Origin: Malacoraja senta
Lineage: Eukaryota
Direction of reading: 5' to 3'
Assembly: GCA_038087875.1 (NCBI GenBank)
Contig: CM075991.1
Location: 8,062,001-8,126,000, forward strand
DNA length: 64,000 nt
A program made the translations under genes and the position numbers. A model generated the notes under the pieces. The model searched no databases. It was not told the DNA's origin and was given only the letters and a program-made list of their open reading frames with translations. Position 1 is the first letter of the stretch, and the number at the start of each line of letters is the position of its first letter. Shown here piece by piece: positions 37,575 through 51,396 of this stretch.

Positions 37575-37975
37575 TCATCGGCGGTCACTCGAAACGAGTA
37601 TGACTGTCCTCTCATGGAGGACGCCTGTGCGTGACTTTGTTTAACGTGGGGAGACTGGTGCACAGACAGCCACCACACGGTCCTTGACAGATCTGGGTCA
37701 GGATCCAGTGGCATGGAGTCCAAGACAACCAGACACCCTTTTCTGCTGCAGCCTTCATCCGCCTTCCCAGCCGTTGTGACGCTCCACTGAGATCAGCCAT
37801 CATCCTCCGCCTGTTCCACCGTTGAGGTCTTGGTTGGATTGCTCTTTGTCAGAGACCTCCCCCTCGACCTTACCGCCATGGGTGGCCCTACCTAGAGCAT
37901 AGCTCCAGACGGCATCGCTCTCAGGTCCACACAAGCTTCTCCACCACGACAAGGTGACAATCCATGGATTGTGCC
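37575..37975 (-). mobile_element. Probable RTE-clade LINE 5' UTR fragment
   Basis: The reverse strand reads CTAGGTAGGGCCACCCATGGCGGTAAGGTC...GACAAAGAGCAATCCAACCAAGAC, resembling RTE/Expander 5' UTRs from memory. No coding support. Confidence 0.4.
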
Positions 37976-40900
37976 TACTGTGCTGCCCACTAAGTTGCAT
38001 TAAGATCGACAGTAGAGTCTAAGAATCATACAGCATGGAAACAGGCCCTTCACCCCTCTGGGTCCACGCCGACCCCTTGCTCAACCACTATCCTATACGC
38101 TCGGGATAGTTTACAATTTTACAGAAGTGAATTAACCTACGTCTTTGGAGTGTGGGAGGAAACCAGAGCACCCGGAGGAAACCCACGTGGTCCCGGTGAG
38201 AATGTACAAACTCCGTACAGACAAGTACCCGTAGTCAGGATCGAACCAGGGCCTCTGGCGCTGTGAGGCAGCAACTCTACCGCTGCACCACCGTGCCGCC
38301 CCTGTTCTCTGTTCGACTGTTTTTGATTTCGCAAAAATCTCCAGCAAAATGCAGTGCAATCATAGAGCGAGACTTTTGTCACCGAGATTTTTGTACGTTC
38401 TCCCCGTGACCGCGCGGGCTATTTCCGGATGCTCTAGTTTCCTCTCGCACTCCAAAGACGTACAGGTTTGCAGGTTAATTGGCTTCTGTAAAATTGTCCC
38501 TTGTGTGTAGAATAGTGCTAGTGTATGGGGTGATGGTTGGTCTGTACGGGCTCGATAGGCCGAAGGGCCTCTGTATCTCTAAATGTAAAACTAAATTCCA
38601 AAGACGTAGTTTGCAGGTTAATAGGCTTTGGTAAAATTGTAAATTACCCCTAGGGTGTAGAATAACTCTAGTGTACGGGGGTGATGGTCGGTCGGCACGG
38701 ACTCGGTGGGCCGAAGAGCCTGTTTCCGCGCTGTATCTCCAAAGTCTAAAGTCCAAAGAACTCGGCCTCCAGTCACAGATGTCCAGTGGTGTTCAGATGG
38801 CCAGGGTCCACAGGGGCTGCCGAGCTCTCTGCATCACGCTGCACTGGAATTGAATACAGTAGATGGCAAAGGGAATTAGTGAGCAGAGCACAGATGGAGA
38901 TTAGGTGACATTTCTAAATTACCTCGTTCAGACAAATGATAGCATGCAGGTATTGAAGGACTGCCCGAGGTTCAAGCATTGCAGTGCCAAATCCACACAG
39001 GCTGCCATTCACACTTCTGCTCTCATAATGCAGTTCAATTTAAAATAACAGCAGAGGGCCTTCAAGCTCAGCATGGTCGCAGAATAACCCATTATTTGGG
39101 GTTGTTTGGAGCAGTCAGCAGCTGTATTTGTCGAGCTGCGTGTCAGTTTATGATTTAGACTTTCGACTTTGTTTTAGACTTCAGCGATACAGTGAGGAGA
39201 CCAGCCCTTCGGCCCAGCGAGTGCACGCAGACCAGTGAGTCCGCGCCGACCAGCGGGTCCGCGTGGACCAGCGATTCTCCCACTTTACCACCACTCTAGG
39301 TGCAGGGGGCAAAATGTACAATGTTTTACACATCAGTTAACCTCAAACCTGTACGTCTCTGAAATGTGGGGGAAACTGGAACACCCGGAGGAAAAACCCA
39401 TGCAGGTTCACGGGGAGAACGTACAAACTCCATACAATAAACAACAGACAATAGGTGCAGGAGTAGGCCATTTGGCCCTTCGAGCCAGCACCGCCATTCG
39501 ATGTGATCATGGCTGATCATCCCCAATCAGTACCCCGTTCCTGCCTTCTCCCCATATCCCCTGACTCCGCTATTTTTAAGAGCCCTATCTAGCTCTCTCT
39601 TGAAAGCATCCAGAGAACCTGCCTCCTCCGCCCTCTGAGGCAGAGAATTCCACAGACTCACCACTCTCTGTGAGAAAAAGTGTTTCCTCGTCTCCGTTCT
39701 AAAAAAGTGTTTCCTCGTCTCCGTTCTAAACAGACTACAGACAGCACCCGTAGTGTGGATGGAACCTGGGTCTCTGGCGCTGTAAGGCAGTGACTCCACC
39801 GCTGTGCCACCATGGATTTATTTTTTGATGCCGGGGCTTAGTGAGATCAGTGGGGTTTGGTTCTTGGGTCAGGCAGCATGTACAGGCACTCCCTGACTTA
39901 TGTTAGGGGTAGGTTATGTCAATCCTTACGTAAGTCGGATTTTATTTAAGTCGGAATCACCATCCCCGTCCCCTGCCCGGAAAAACTCGCTGAGAATATT
40001 AACTGTCTCAGCGGCGTTCGGCTGCACCCCGGGCACTTTCTGTGGCCTCGCACGGCCTTGAAGCGCCAGAGACCCGGGTTCGATCCTTACTGCGTGTGCT
40101 GTCTGTACGGAGTTTGCACGTTCACCCTGTTGTACGTTTAAGCCAATATGCTTTGACAGTGGGAGTGTCTAGGACTAGAGGTCATAGCCTCAGAATTAAA
40201 GGAAGGAGATGAGGAGGAATCTCTTTAGTCAGAGGGTGGTGAATCTGTGGAATTCTTTGCCACAGAAGGCTGTAGAGGCCAAGTCAGTGGATATTTTTAA
40301 GGCAGAGATGGATAGATTCTTGATTAGTACGGATGTCAGGGGTTATGGGGAGAAGGAAGGAGAATGGGGTTAGGAGGGAGAGATAGATCAGCCATGATTG
40401 AATGGCGGAGTAGACTTGATGGGCTGAGTGGCCCTATTCTGCTACTATGACTTATGACCTTATGATATTGTTGATCAACCACCTGGGATAATAGCTAGGT
40501 ACACAAAAATGCTGGAGAAACTCAGCGGGTGCAGCAGCATCTATGGAGCGAAGGAAATAGGCAATGTTTCGGGCCGAAACCTTTCTTCAGACTGATAGGG
40601 GGTGGGGAGAAGAAAGGAAAAAAGGAAAAAGGCGGAGGAGGAGCCTGAGTGCTGGGGGGGGGGGGGGGGGAGGGGAGGAGACAACCAGAGGGCTGATGAA
40701 GGGGAGGGGACAGCAAGGGCTAGCAGAATTGGGAGAATTGGGGTAATAGCTATCTCCTCTCTACTCCAGCAGTCTGAAGAAGGATCCCAACTTGATGCCA
40801 TCTTCCTCCACCTACTCAGTTCCTTCAGCACCTTGTGCTCAAGATTTCATCATCTTCAGTCTCTTGTCTCTCCAGATTATTCTCACAAGTCTGTCCGCAC

Positions 40901-41153
40901 TTTCTTTGTCAATTATGTCGCTCCTGCTTTATTGCCTTTTAAATATTCCCATTAACATTGTTATTTCTGGCAACGTTATATCATCGTCAAGGTTCCTCAA
41001 TGCGCTTTCAGCCCCATGGTTTACGATTCACATCAAAGATAAAATTAATCATTTGATTTGTGTTGCAGAAGTTAGTCTGCTGTGTGTAGATAGACACTAA
41101 ATGATGGAGTAACTCGGCGGGCCAGGCAGCATCTCTGGAGAGAAGGAATGGGT

Positions 41154-41181
41154 GACGTTTCGGGTCGAGACCCTTCTTCAG
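41154..41181 (-). ncRNA. Minimal hammerhead-ribozyme-like core (second subfamily)
   Basis: CUGAAGA-A-GGGU(CUCG)ACCC-GAAAC-GUC. Similar intact cores at ~17419-17446 (-), 19599-19626 (+) and 29319-29346 (+). Confidence 0.65.
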
Positions 41182-41210
41182 ACTGAGGGGAGAGGGAGAC
41201 ACAAAGATAA

Positions 41211-41509
41211 AGGCCCTGTCCCACTTTCCCGAGTTACTCACGAATTCTCCAGAGTTTTCCCCTTGATTCAAACTCGGAGATGCCAGCCGTAGGTACTCGG
41301 GGGCTATTTTTTTAACTTGTGGACATTTTTCAACATGCTGAAAAAACGTCCCGACTTACCTGATGCCCCGAGTGCCTACGGCTGGCATTACGAGCCGCTA
41401 CGAAATATCTACGGACTCCTACGGACTCACGACGGATATTCTCCGAGTTTGAATCAAGGGGAAAACTCGGGAGAATTCGTGAGTATCTCGGGAAAGTGGG
41501 ACAGGGCCT
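41211..41509. mobile_element. PIF/Harbinger-type MITE, type A, opposite orientation
   Basis: TIR AGGCCCTGTCCCACTTTCCCGAG; TAA TSD. Confidence 0.88.
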
Positions 41510-42419
41510 TAAGGAAGTGTACGGAGTGAAAACAAGACATCAAAGTGTATCTTCGGTGTAAACCAGCATCTGCAGTTTCATTCCCACACATTTCCTCTGC
41601 TCTGTGGAGAACCTGGTTGGGTGGTCCAACCGGCTGTAGATCTGGGCAAGCGACAAAGTGCTGGAGGAACTAACGGGCGTCAGACTGGCGCAGCGGTAGA
41701 GCTGCTGCCTTACTCGTGCTGTCTGTACGGAGTTTGTACGTTTTCCCTGTGACCTGCATGGGTTTTTTTCTGGGATCTCCCACATCCCAAAGACTTACAG
41801 ATTTGTACGTTAATTGGCTTGGTATAAGTGCAAATTGTCCCTAGTGTGTGTAGGATAGTGTTAGTGTGCGGGAGATCGTGGGTCGGCGTGGACTCACTGG
41901 GCCGAAGGGCCTGTTTCCGGGCTGTCTCTCTAAACTAAACTAAACTCAATTTTAATTTATCTTCTTTATCCCATCTTCCAACCAGCTGCCTGTAATTAGT
42001 TGCCAACTAATCGGCTTTTGTGACTAAAATTCTCTAAATATCAGTGTCACGGTTCTCAGAGTTGGCTTGAAAGTGTCCCATTAAACTACAAGATGAAACT
42101 TTGATTTTGTTGATGAATTTGTATTCCTTCCTTCCCGCCCATCATTCATGCAAAGATTTGAGTACATGGCGCATGGTATCACAGCACTGATGCTCATCTC
42201 TGCTGCAATATTCAATCACAGCACAGCACAGTAGTCTCCAGGGACTGCAGGGGTAGTTACGGTACTTGATAATGGAAACAATGCAAATAATTGCTTCTAT
42301 AATAGTTATTTGTCAGGAAAGGACCAAACCGTCGCTTGTTCTTTTTCTCTGTTTCCTGTCCAAATATTTTGAGCATTGCAATGAAAAAAAAAACATTTTC
42401 CTTAGAGTGGGAAGCTAAA

Positions 42420-42646
42420 AGGGCCTGTCCCACTTGGCGATTTTCTCGGCGACTGACGGCATCATTGGCTGATGTATCAGGTCACCGGAAAATTCGCGGC
42501 GTGATGACGTACTGACGCGCGGTGTTTTTTCAAGTGTAGCAACATTATTTTTGTCGCCACTGGATTTTGAAATGTTCGCAATTTTTTGGCGACACTGTTA
42601 TGATGCCGGCAGTCGACGAAAAAAATCGCCAAGCGGGACAGGCCCT
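42420..42646. mobile_element. PIF/Harbinger-type MITE, type D
   Basis: TIR AGGGCCTGTCCCACTTGGCGATTTT / AAAATCGCCAAGCGGGACAGGCCCT followed by TAA. Confidence 0.82.
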
Positions 42647-42687
42647 TAAGTTGAATCTGGGTGTTAACCCACCTCAGCACTCCTTGC

Positions 42688-43725
42688 AGCAATGTTACAA
42701 AATTTTGAGATTTTAAAAATAAAGTCTGCAATTTATCCCATCAGATAAAGCATAAAAAGAAGTTTAATTTGACACTTAATTCACTTTCATATCTTCAGTA
42801 TTAAAAAAGTTATGGCCATTATCATACTCGGGAATTAGCATCTAGTTCCCTATTGCTTTTCCATTGACTTAACACAAAAGCTGTGATCGAGGACAGTTAA
42901 AAGCCCATAACTTTCTTAAAAATTATGATAACTGAAAGAAATTTTCAGGTATTATAGATTGAAGCATTCTGAAACAAATATGAAACAATCTTACTTCGAA
43001 GACATGAAAGTAAAGCATATAATTAGTTAGTTACCTAATTGTAGCTAATTACAAAATTCAATTACTAGATCTAAACATCTATCAATTTCTTAAGAATAGA
43101 TTAACATTTTTAAATAGCCTAAGTGTCCAAATAACATTCACACAATAATTCACAATATAACATAATTTTTAAATCTAATTTTCATGAAGTTACAGGCCAA
43201 ATGGAAGGAATTGAATGTTTAATACCTGTAAATTAATGGGGATTTAAATCATCTTGTGAGTGAGGATTACTGGAACGCGATCTTTTGGAACGTTGATTTG
43301 CGGTGAATTTAACCCCGTATTGGCATGAAAAATACTGCCGTTAATTCGGGGAATAAAATCACCGTGTCGCATGACAAAATGTGAATTAAAGGCTTCTTAA
43401 GAAGCACTTTTATACATTTAAAGAAAGCACTTTCGTTAACCGTCCCGTGTGTGAAATCCGTCCCCGTTATCGGCGTTGACGCTTCAGGAGCTGCTTTTAA
43501 AATTACTCTAGCGCTGACATTGACGGTTTAATAAAAATAAAAAATTCACAAAACGCCGGTAGGAACGATTTTGTCAGCCAAGGCTTGTACTCCAACAAAA
43601 TATTCCCAGGACAAGGGAGGAGAAACCCGCGTTTTAACTCCGCCCCCCCTTAAAGGCGCCAAAATCGCGCACACGGCCAGTGGCAGAATTACAGCGCGAC
43701 TGAAGGTAAGTTTTGTAACATTCCT
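42688..43725. mobile_element. 1,038-bp non-autonomous DNA transposon with a 9-bp TSD (superfamily uncertain)
   Basis: TIR AGCAATGTTACAAAA / TTTTGTAACATTCCT; flanks ACTCCTTGC / ACTCCTTGT. AT-rich interior with a GC-rich right end. Confidence 0.75.
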
Positions 43726-45612
43726 ACTCCTTGTGCCCAAGATGAATAGATTAGTGGCACAGCTGGTAGATCTACTGCATTGCAGCACCTGTAACTCAGG
43801 TCGAACCCTAACCTCGGCTGCTGTCTTCATAGGTTCTAGGAGCAGAATTGGGCCGTTCAGCCCAACAAGCCTAATCCGTCATTCAATCATGGCTAAAGAT
43901 AGACACAAAAAGCTGGAGTAACTCAGCAGGACAGGCAGCATCTCTGGACAGAAGGAATGGGTGACGTTTCGTGTGTCGTGACCCTTCTTCAGATCTATCT
44001 TTCCCCCTCAACCCCATTCTCCGGCCTTCTCCCCATAAACCCTGACACCCATACTAATCAAGAATCAGTCAATCTCCGCCTTAAAGGGGCTGCGCAGCGG
44101 TAGAGTTGCTGCCTCACAGCGCCAGAGACCAGGGTTCGATCCTGACCACGGGTGCTGTCTGTACGGAGTTTGTACGTACTCCCCGTGACCTGCGTGGGTT
44201 TTCTCCAGGTGCTCCGGTTTCTTTCCGCACTCCAAAGACGTACAGGTTTGTAGGTTAATTGGCTTGGTATAATTGTAAATTGTCCCTAGTATGTGTGTGT
44301 GTGTGTGTAGGATGGTGTTAATGTGCGGGGATAGGTGGTCGGTGCGGAACCAGTGGGACGAAGGGCATGTTTCCACGCTGGTTGGCTAAAGAAAAACCGT
44401 ACAAGTATCTGCATGGAGTTTGCCTCACGTTCCCCCTGTGACCGCACGGGTCTCCTCCAGGTGATCCTAATTGCTCCCTCATCCTATGGACGTTGGTCAA
44501 TTGGCCTCTGTAAATTGCCCTGGTGTGTTGGTGAGTGGCAGAATGTAGGGGGTAGGAGGAGATTGGAAAACAAAATGAATGTAGGGTCAGTGTAGGATGA
44601 GAGGGGGGAAGTTTAATGGAGATGTCAGGTACAGGTTTATTTACATCGAGAGCGTGGGGACCTGGAATGCATTGCCAGGGGTGTTGGTGGAGGCAGATAC
44701 GATAGTGGTGTTTAAGGGGCTTTTGGATAGGCCCATGGAGGTGCAAGGAATATAGGGATATGGATCACGCGCAGGCAGATGAGATGGGTTTAACTTGGCA
44801 TCATGTTCGGCACAAACATTGTGGGCCGAAGGGCCTGTTACTGTGCTGTACTGATCTGTGTTCTATGTAAATTGCTGTTTGATGAATACTTCAGACTCTC
44901 CTCCGTGACAATGATCTATTCTACATTGTCCTTGATCTCTACCCCCCCCCCACCTTTGATGTCTTGTTCTCACACCTTACACTTCCTTATCTCTGTATCC
45001 CCCCTCTCCCCTGACTCTCAGTCTCATGAAGAGTCTCAACCGAAACGTCACCAGTTCCTTCTCTCCGGAGATGCTGCCTGTCCCGCTGAGTTACTCCAGC
45101 ATCTTGTGTCCATCTTCAGTTTAAACCAAAGATACTAGAGGAGCTTAAACCAGCATCTGCATTTCTGTCCAACACAGGTACTTGGATGGGACAGGTTTGG
45201 AGGGATAGGGACCAAAGGCATGCAGGTGGGACTAGTGTAGCTGGGACATGTTGGCCGGTGTGGGCAAGTTCAGCGATGGGCCTGTTTCCACGCTGTATCA
45301 CTCTATGAGTCTATAGACAATAGACAATAGGTGCAGGAGTAGGCCATTCAGCCCTTCGAGCCATCACCATCATTCAATGTGATCATGTCTGATCATCCCC
45401 AATCAGTACCCCGTTCGTGCCTTCTCCCCATATCCCCTGACTCTGCTATCTTTAAGAGCCCTATGACTCTATAATTATAAAGATCCATGTGAATACATTG
45501 CTTTATTCTCCCACTGAAGTTTGCTGTGACAATTATAGTCGGTAACAGTTCTAAACCCATCTCTGAACTTTCGTGAAACTAACCGCGATTTTTTTTTCTT
45601 TTTGTGTGAAAG

Positions 45613-45697
45613 GAGTCCGTTTAATGGTCCCTCTGGGATCAATTCCGGGAGGGAATTCCTGGGAAATGCACATTGCAGTCAATCACGGTGAAACTAG
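45613..45697 (+). CDS. UNC5D: UNC5D-like ZU5 exon (GVRLMVPLGSIPGGNSWEMHIAVNHGETS)
   Basis: T-rich tract then AAAG acceptor and AG|GTAAGC donor; 85 nt, phase 1/2, which fits both neighbours. Resembles [29 protein letters not shown]. Not in the ORF track. Confidence 0.88.
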
Positions 45698-46464
45698 GTA
45701 AGCAAAAAAAAAAAAAATTCAAACGTGTGGGAGATTTCCATTCCGCAGACAAGCGTTTATTGGGAAAAGTGGAGAAGTTTTGTATGCTTTGAGCCTTGTG
45801 CCGATCTGGGGGGTGGGAAAAGTTAAACAGCTGGCTGAAGAGGAAAATCTTGGGATTATTAATATATTTTCTTCTAACTTTGCTAATCAAAGCGAAATAC
45901 AATCGACTGCATGCGTGGGCAATGCTGCACGAAGAATTGTATACATCTAAAGTTGTTTTCCGAGAACATTTTGACAATAAATAATTAAAGCTTTGGAATT
46001 TAATTGCATGGTTTAAAAAAAACATTAAACATATTCATTAGATATTCTTACGCTTCAGTTCGTTAGCACTGTGCTGTTGAAAGTTCCAACTGAAATATCA
46101 AAACTATTAAGGGTGTTTATAATGAATAATTAGCTTCATGTAGGCTAATTATAGTTCCTTGTGATATCATGTGAATGCTCTTCTAATTATGTGGAGAATG
46201 GGTGGCTCTCTCCTGGTTATTCATTCATCTGTTGACTAATATTAGTGAGCGTTGGGTTCCAGCCATGTATAATTGGGCAGAATTACATGCTTGGCCCAGT
46301 TATATTGTACAAAAGGAGGACCTGCATTTGTACGAGAAAGAACTGAAGATGCTGGATAAATTCAAAGGTAGAGGCAAAATGCTGGAGTAACTCAGCGGGA
46401 GGCAGCATCTATGGAGAGAATGAATGGGTGACGTACCTCAGTGGTTGCCTCAGCTACTGAGTAA

Positions 46465-47051
46465 AGGGCCTGTCCCACTTGGGAGTTATTTGCGCGTCAT
46501 TTACGCGACATCATTTACGGGTCACAACGCACGTGATGCGCGCATGGCGTGCATTACGCGCGCATAGAAACATAGAAAATAGGTGCAGGAGTAGGCCATT
46601 CGGCCCTTCGAGCCTGCACCGCCATTCAATATGATCATGGCTGATCATCCAACTCAGTATCCCGTACCTGCCTTCTCTCCATACCCCCTGATCCCTTTAG
46701 CCACAAGGGCCACATCTAACTCCCTCTTAAATATAGCCAATGAACTGGCCTCAACTACATTCTGTGGCAGAGAATTCCAGAGATTCACCACTCTCTGTGT
46801 AAAAAATGTTTTTCTCATCTCGGTCCTAAAGGATTTCCCCTTTATCCTTAAACTGTGACCCCTTGTTCTGGACTTCCCCAACGTCAGGAACAATCTTCCT
46901 GCATCTGGCCTGTCCAACTCCTTAAGAATTTTGTAAGTATGGTGCATGGTGACGTAGGTAGAGACGCGCGGCACCCAGGATTTTGGGATTCACAAAATCT
47001 TCGCACGCCACCTGCATGACACGCAAATGACACCCAAGTGGGACAGGCCCA
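46465..47051. mobile_element. PIF/Harbinger-type MITE, type E, interrupted by a CR1 fragment (46563-46937)
   Basis: TIR GGGCCTGTCCCACTTGGG / CCCAAGTGGGACAGGCCC; interior is the reverse complement of 52986-53184. Confidence 0.82.
46563..46937 (-). mobile_element. CR1-type LINE 3' fragment, young subfamily
   Basis: Nearly identical to 10233-10610. Confidence 0.9.
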
Positions 47052-50000
47052 TTCACTCCAGCATTTATTATCTACCATGCATTTGTACAGTGTGTTTCAT
47101 CACCTCACGGCAGTCCGTTGAGCATCACGTTTAGTAGAGTACCTCTGACGGACAACTACTGAAACGTGAAAACAATTTGCACAGAACAATGTCCGAGAAA
47201 CAAATAAGTGCAGGAAGGAATTTGCGAAATGCTGATTTAAACCGAAGATAGACACAAAGTGCTGGAGTAACTCAGCGGTTCAGGCAGCATCTCTGGAGAA
47301 AAAGGATGGGTGACGTTTTGGGTTGGGACCCTTCTTCAGACTGAAAATGTGGGTTTGGGAAGGATGGGGGGAGGTTGAGATGGGTTTTGGTCTTTTACCT
47401 GAAGGATCTGTGGATGCTGGTTTATATCGAAGATAGACACCCCAAAGTAATCTGGACTAATGAAGCGGCTCAGGCAACATCTCTGGAGAAAACGGATTGG
47501 TGACGTTTCGGGTCGGAACCCTTCTTGTGGTTGGGGATGGTGGGGGTGATGGGGGGTGGTAAATAAACTTGTGGCGAGTAAAGGCTAGAGTGAACCATGT
47601 GTGACAACAGATGACCTCAGGAAGGATGGAGACCACAATGGCCCATTGTTGGCTGGGGAAGGTGTGATTACAAGTGGGATACAAGGATGTGAACAGTGGA
47701 ACTGGTAGGACGACTAGAGTGGGGGACTGGGGGGAGAGGAAAGGCAGGCGTTGCTTGAAATTAGAGAAATCAACATTCATATCATGACCGATGACGTTGT
47801 TTGTTTTATAGATTATTGTTGAAAGATGAATATTGGTCATGAACATTGTGGTATATTTTGGTTTTGCTGCCCTACAGAGAGATTTGACTACGTTTTGATT
47901 TGACCAGAGGTAGGCCATTCGGCCCATCGAGTCTACTCCACCATTCAATCATGGCTGATCTATCTTTCCCTGTCAACCCCATTCTCCTGTCTTCTCCCCG
48001 CAACCCCTAGCACCCGTACTAATCAAGAATCTATCTATCTCTGCCTTAAAAATACCCAACGACGGCCTCCGCAGCCTTCTGTGGCAATGAATTCCATATA
48101 TTCACCATCCTCTGATGAAAGAAATTCCTCCTCATCTGCTTTCTAAAGGTTTGTCCTTTTATTCTGAGTTCTTGATTCTATGACGAGTGGAAACATCCTC
48201 CACACATCCACTCTGTCCAGGCCTTTCACTATTCGGTAAGTTTCAATGAGGTCCCCCTCCTCATCCTTCTAAACTATAGCGAGTGCAGGCCCACAGTTTA
48301 ATGGAGATGTGCGGGGCAGATTTTTTCCATGTGACCTTGGGTTTTCTCCGGGTTCTCCGGTTTCCTCTCGCACCCCAAAGACGTGGAGGTTTATAGGTTG
48401 CTTGACTTCTGTAAAGATTATAAATTGTCCCTGGCGTGCAGGAGAGTGCTAGTGTACGGGGTGATCGCTGGTCGGCGCAGACTCGGTGGGCCAAAGGGCC
48501 TGTTTACACGCTGTATGTCTAAAGTCTAATCATTCCCTGGTTAAGTCAGAAGGTTTGTAACTCAGTATCTCATTGTTTCCCAGTGCAGGATGGAGCTTTG
48601 ATAATGTTACCCCCAAGCTATTGTGTATGAAGGAACTGCAGATGTTGGTTTAAACCGAAAATAGACTAAATCTGAAGAAGGGTCTCGACCCGAAATGTCA
48701 GAGACCCTTCTATCCAGAGATGCAGCCTGTCCCGCTGAGTTACTCCAGCATTTTGTGTCTATCTTCGGTTTCCCCACGCTATTTACAGCCATTGTACATC
48801 AACGATAAAAGAAAATAATTTGGCTTCCCAAAGCTGCAATATTCTGAACGCAACATGACAAACATCCATCCTTGATTTCAGATTCCTTCACTTCCATCAT
48901 GGCAAGCATTAAAGTTACAAATTGCACTAACCTTGGCTCTGTAACAAGAATGAATTTCAACTCTTCAACTTCAATCGTAGTGACATTATCTGTGTCCCAG
49001 CCTTGACAGAACCTTTGGCAGTGAATTTTAACACAGACTTCAGTCTGATTAATACAGAATTAGACTTCTGGTACAAGGTTCTACTTAACAAGGAGAGAGA
49101 GAGAAAGTACATGCATGGCAAGACAAGATTATGCCAAATGCATTAAACATGGACAAGTGACAGAGAATTCCGATTCAATGTACGCTTATAGTCTTATACG
49201 AGTCTTATAGCCTTAATGAGTCTTGATGCTTTTAGCCACCTTGGTGGAGAATGTTGGATTTGAGCGTCGGCGGAGAATGTCTCAAAGACTTGCCTTTGCG
49301 ATTTTATTTATCTAACGCAATTATGGAAGAGGCAGTGAATTCAACAGTGACCGAGGATCAAAAGCCGTGGATGCCAGTGTCTGCAATAAAAGGTGGAAGT
49401 GCTGGACTCGTTCAGCAAACAGGCCAGTGGAGAGGGGAAACACAGTTAACATTTCCCTCGATGACCTTTCACCAATACTGGGAAAGGATATGATGCATCT
49501 GTAGCTTAGTGTTGAGACACGGCATGGAGAAATGCTCTTCAGTCCACCGACGTGGGCAGCAGTGGTAGAGTTGCTGCCTTACAGCACCAGAGACCTGGGT
49601 TCGATCCTGACTACTGGTGCTGTCTGTACGGAGTTTATATGTTCTTCCCGTGATCGGGGTGGGTTTACCCCAGGTGCTCCGGTTTTCCCCCACACTCCAA
49701 AGACGTACAGGTTTGTAGGCTAATTGGGTTTGATAAAATTGTAAGTTGTCTCTTGTGTGTAGGGCAGTGTTAGTGTGCTGGGATCGCTAGTCGGTACGGA
49801 CTCGGTGGGCCGAGGGGCCTGTTTCCACACTTTATCTCTATACTATGCATATACTCTACATCGAGGCCATGCCGACCACCAATCACCTGTTCGCACTAGT
49901 TCCATGTCACCCAATGTCACATCTGCTCCCTACGCATTAGAACAAGTTCAAACAAGGCCTATTTACTTGTAAACCTGTAGGTCTTTGGAATTGGGGAGGA

Positions 50001-51211
50001 AACCAGAGCAGCCAGAGGAAACCCAGGCAGTCACAGGGAGCGTGTGGAAACTCCACACAGACAGCACTTTGAAGTCAGGATCAAACCTGGTCTCTGGCGC
50101 TGTAAGGCAGCAGCTCCACCAATGTGCTGCCTAAATGAAGATGACATAAAAGCCTCTTTAGTTTAGTGTTGTTTAGTTTAGAGATACAGAGCAGAAACAG
50201 GCCCTTCGACCCACCGAGTCTGCGCCGACCAGCGATCCCCGCACACCAACACTATCCTACACACACTAGGGGCAATTTACAATTATACCAAGCCAATTAA
50301 CATACAAACCTGTGGGAGGAAACTGGAGAACCCATGCAGGTCACGGGGAGAACGTACAAACTCCGTATAGACAGCACCCGTAGGCAGGATCGAACCCGGG
50401 TCCCTGCCGCTGTATGGAAGCAACTCTGCCGCTGCGTCACCGTGCCGCCCTTCATGTTTAGAAAAATATTTTTCCCAATTCTGATGAAGTGGCTTCGCCC
50501 TCGGACGTTAACTCTGCTTCTCTCTCCAGAGATGCTGCCTGACCTGCTGAGCTATTCCAGCACTTTGTGTTTCAATTTCAGATTTCATGCCCCTTTATGA
50601 GAAACGGAATATCCGCAAGCACGAAACGATGTCACTTATTTCGACCTTCGAACTGATGTTGATATGTTTCTTCCAAAAAAAAAAACCCAATTACAATTCA
50701 CGAAATATCAAACAAGTCTATTTGACAGGCCCAGCACAACAGTAATTAATAGCATGCGAATTGTCATTGAAGTAATCCACAGAGGGAAAGTCCGAGCACA
50801 AGAGAAGCGGAGAGTAGGATTCAGTGGTTGAACAAAGATCTGCAGTCAAAGCTGCAAAGAGATTTTAGCTCTTCAATGGCCTGCCTCAGATCTCTGTAGG
50901 CGGCTGACAAGATAAATAAAAAATCATTACGTTGTATCAGATTAAAGACTTTTCTGCCCTCAGTACGATCTGCCCAAGTTAAAAGAAAGCTTCTTCCCTT
51001 TTGAACGCTGCCGCTATCTCACCAGGTTTTCTCATCCGAGTTTGATGAGAGGAGGCAGAGAGATGGGATCGTTCTGGTTCTTGGTGATAACTCCATTCTC
51101 CGCAACAGGTTCCATTCCTCTCTCTGGAACCAAATGACCTTCCTTAAAATACAACATACAAATTGGGAGCAGGAGTAGGTCGCCGACTGATCCCACTGTG
51201 ATCGTAAACTT

Positions 51212-51396
51212 GTTCAAGGAGAAACTGCAGATGCTGGAGAATCGAAGGTAGACAAAATTGCTGGAGAAACTCAGCGGGTGCGCCAGCATCTATGGAGCGA
51301 AGGAAATAGGCAACGTTTCGGGCCGAAATGTTGCCTATTTCCTTCGCTCCATAGATGCTGCCGCACCCGCTGAGTTTCTCCAGCAATTTTGTCTAC
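51212..51396. mobile_element. Fold-back Penelope-derived insertion with a 16-bp TSD
   Basis: CTGTGATCGTAAACTT (51196-51211) / CTGTGATCGGAAACTT (51397-51412); inverted arms of ~73 bp. Confidence 0.85.

Noticed and set aside
39881..39960. Complete Tigger/pogo-like element
   Set aside because: Only one TIR-like end (TA-CAGGCACTCCCTGACTTA) is visible and no partner end was found.
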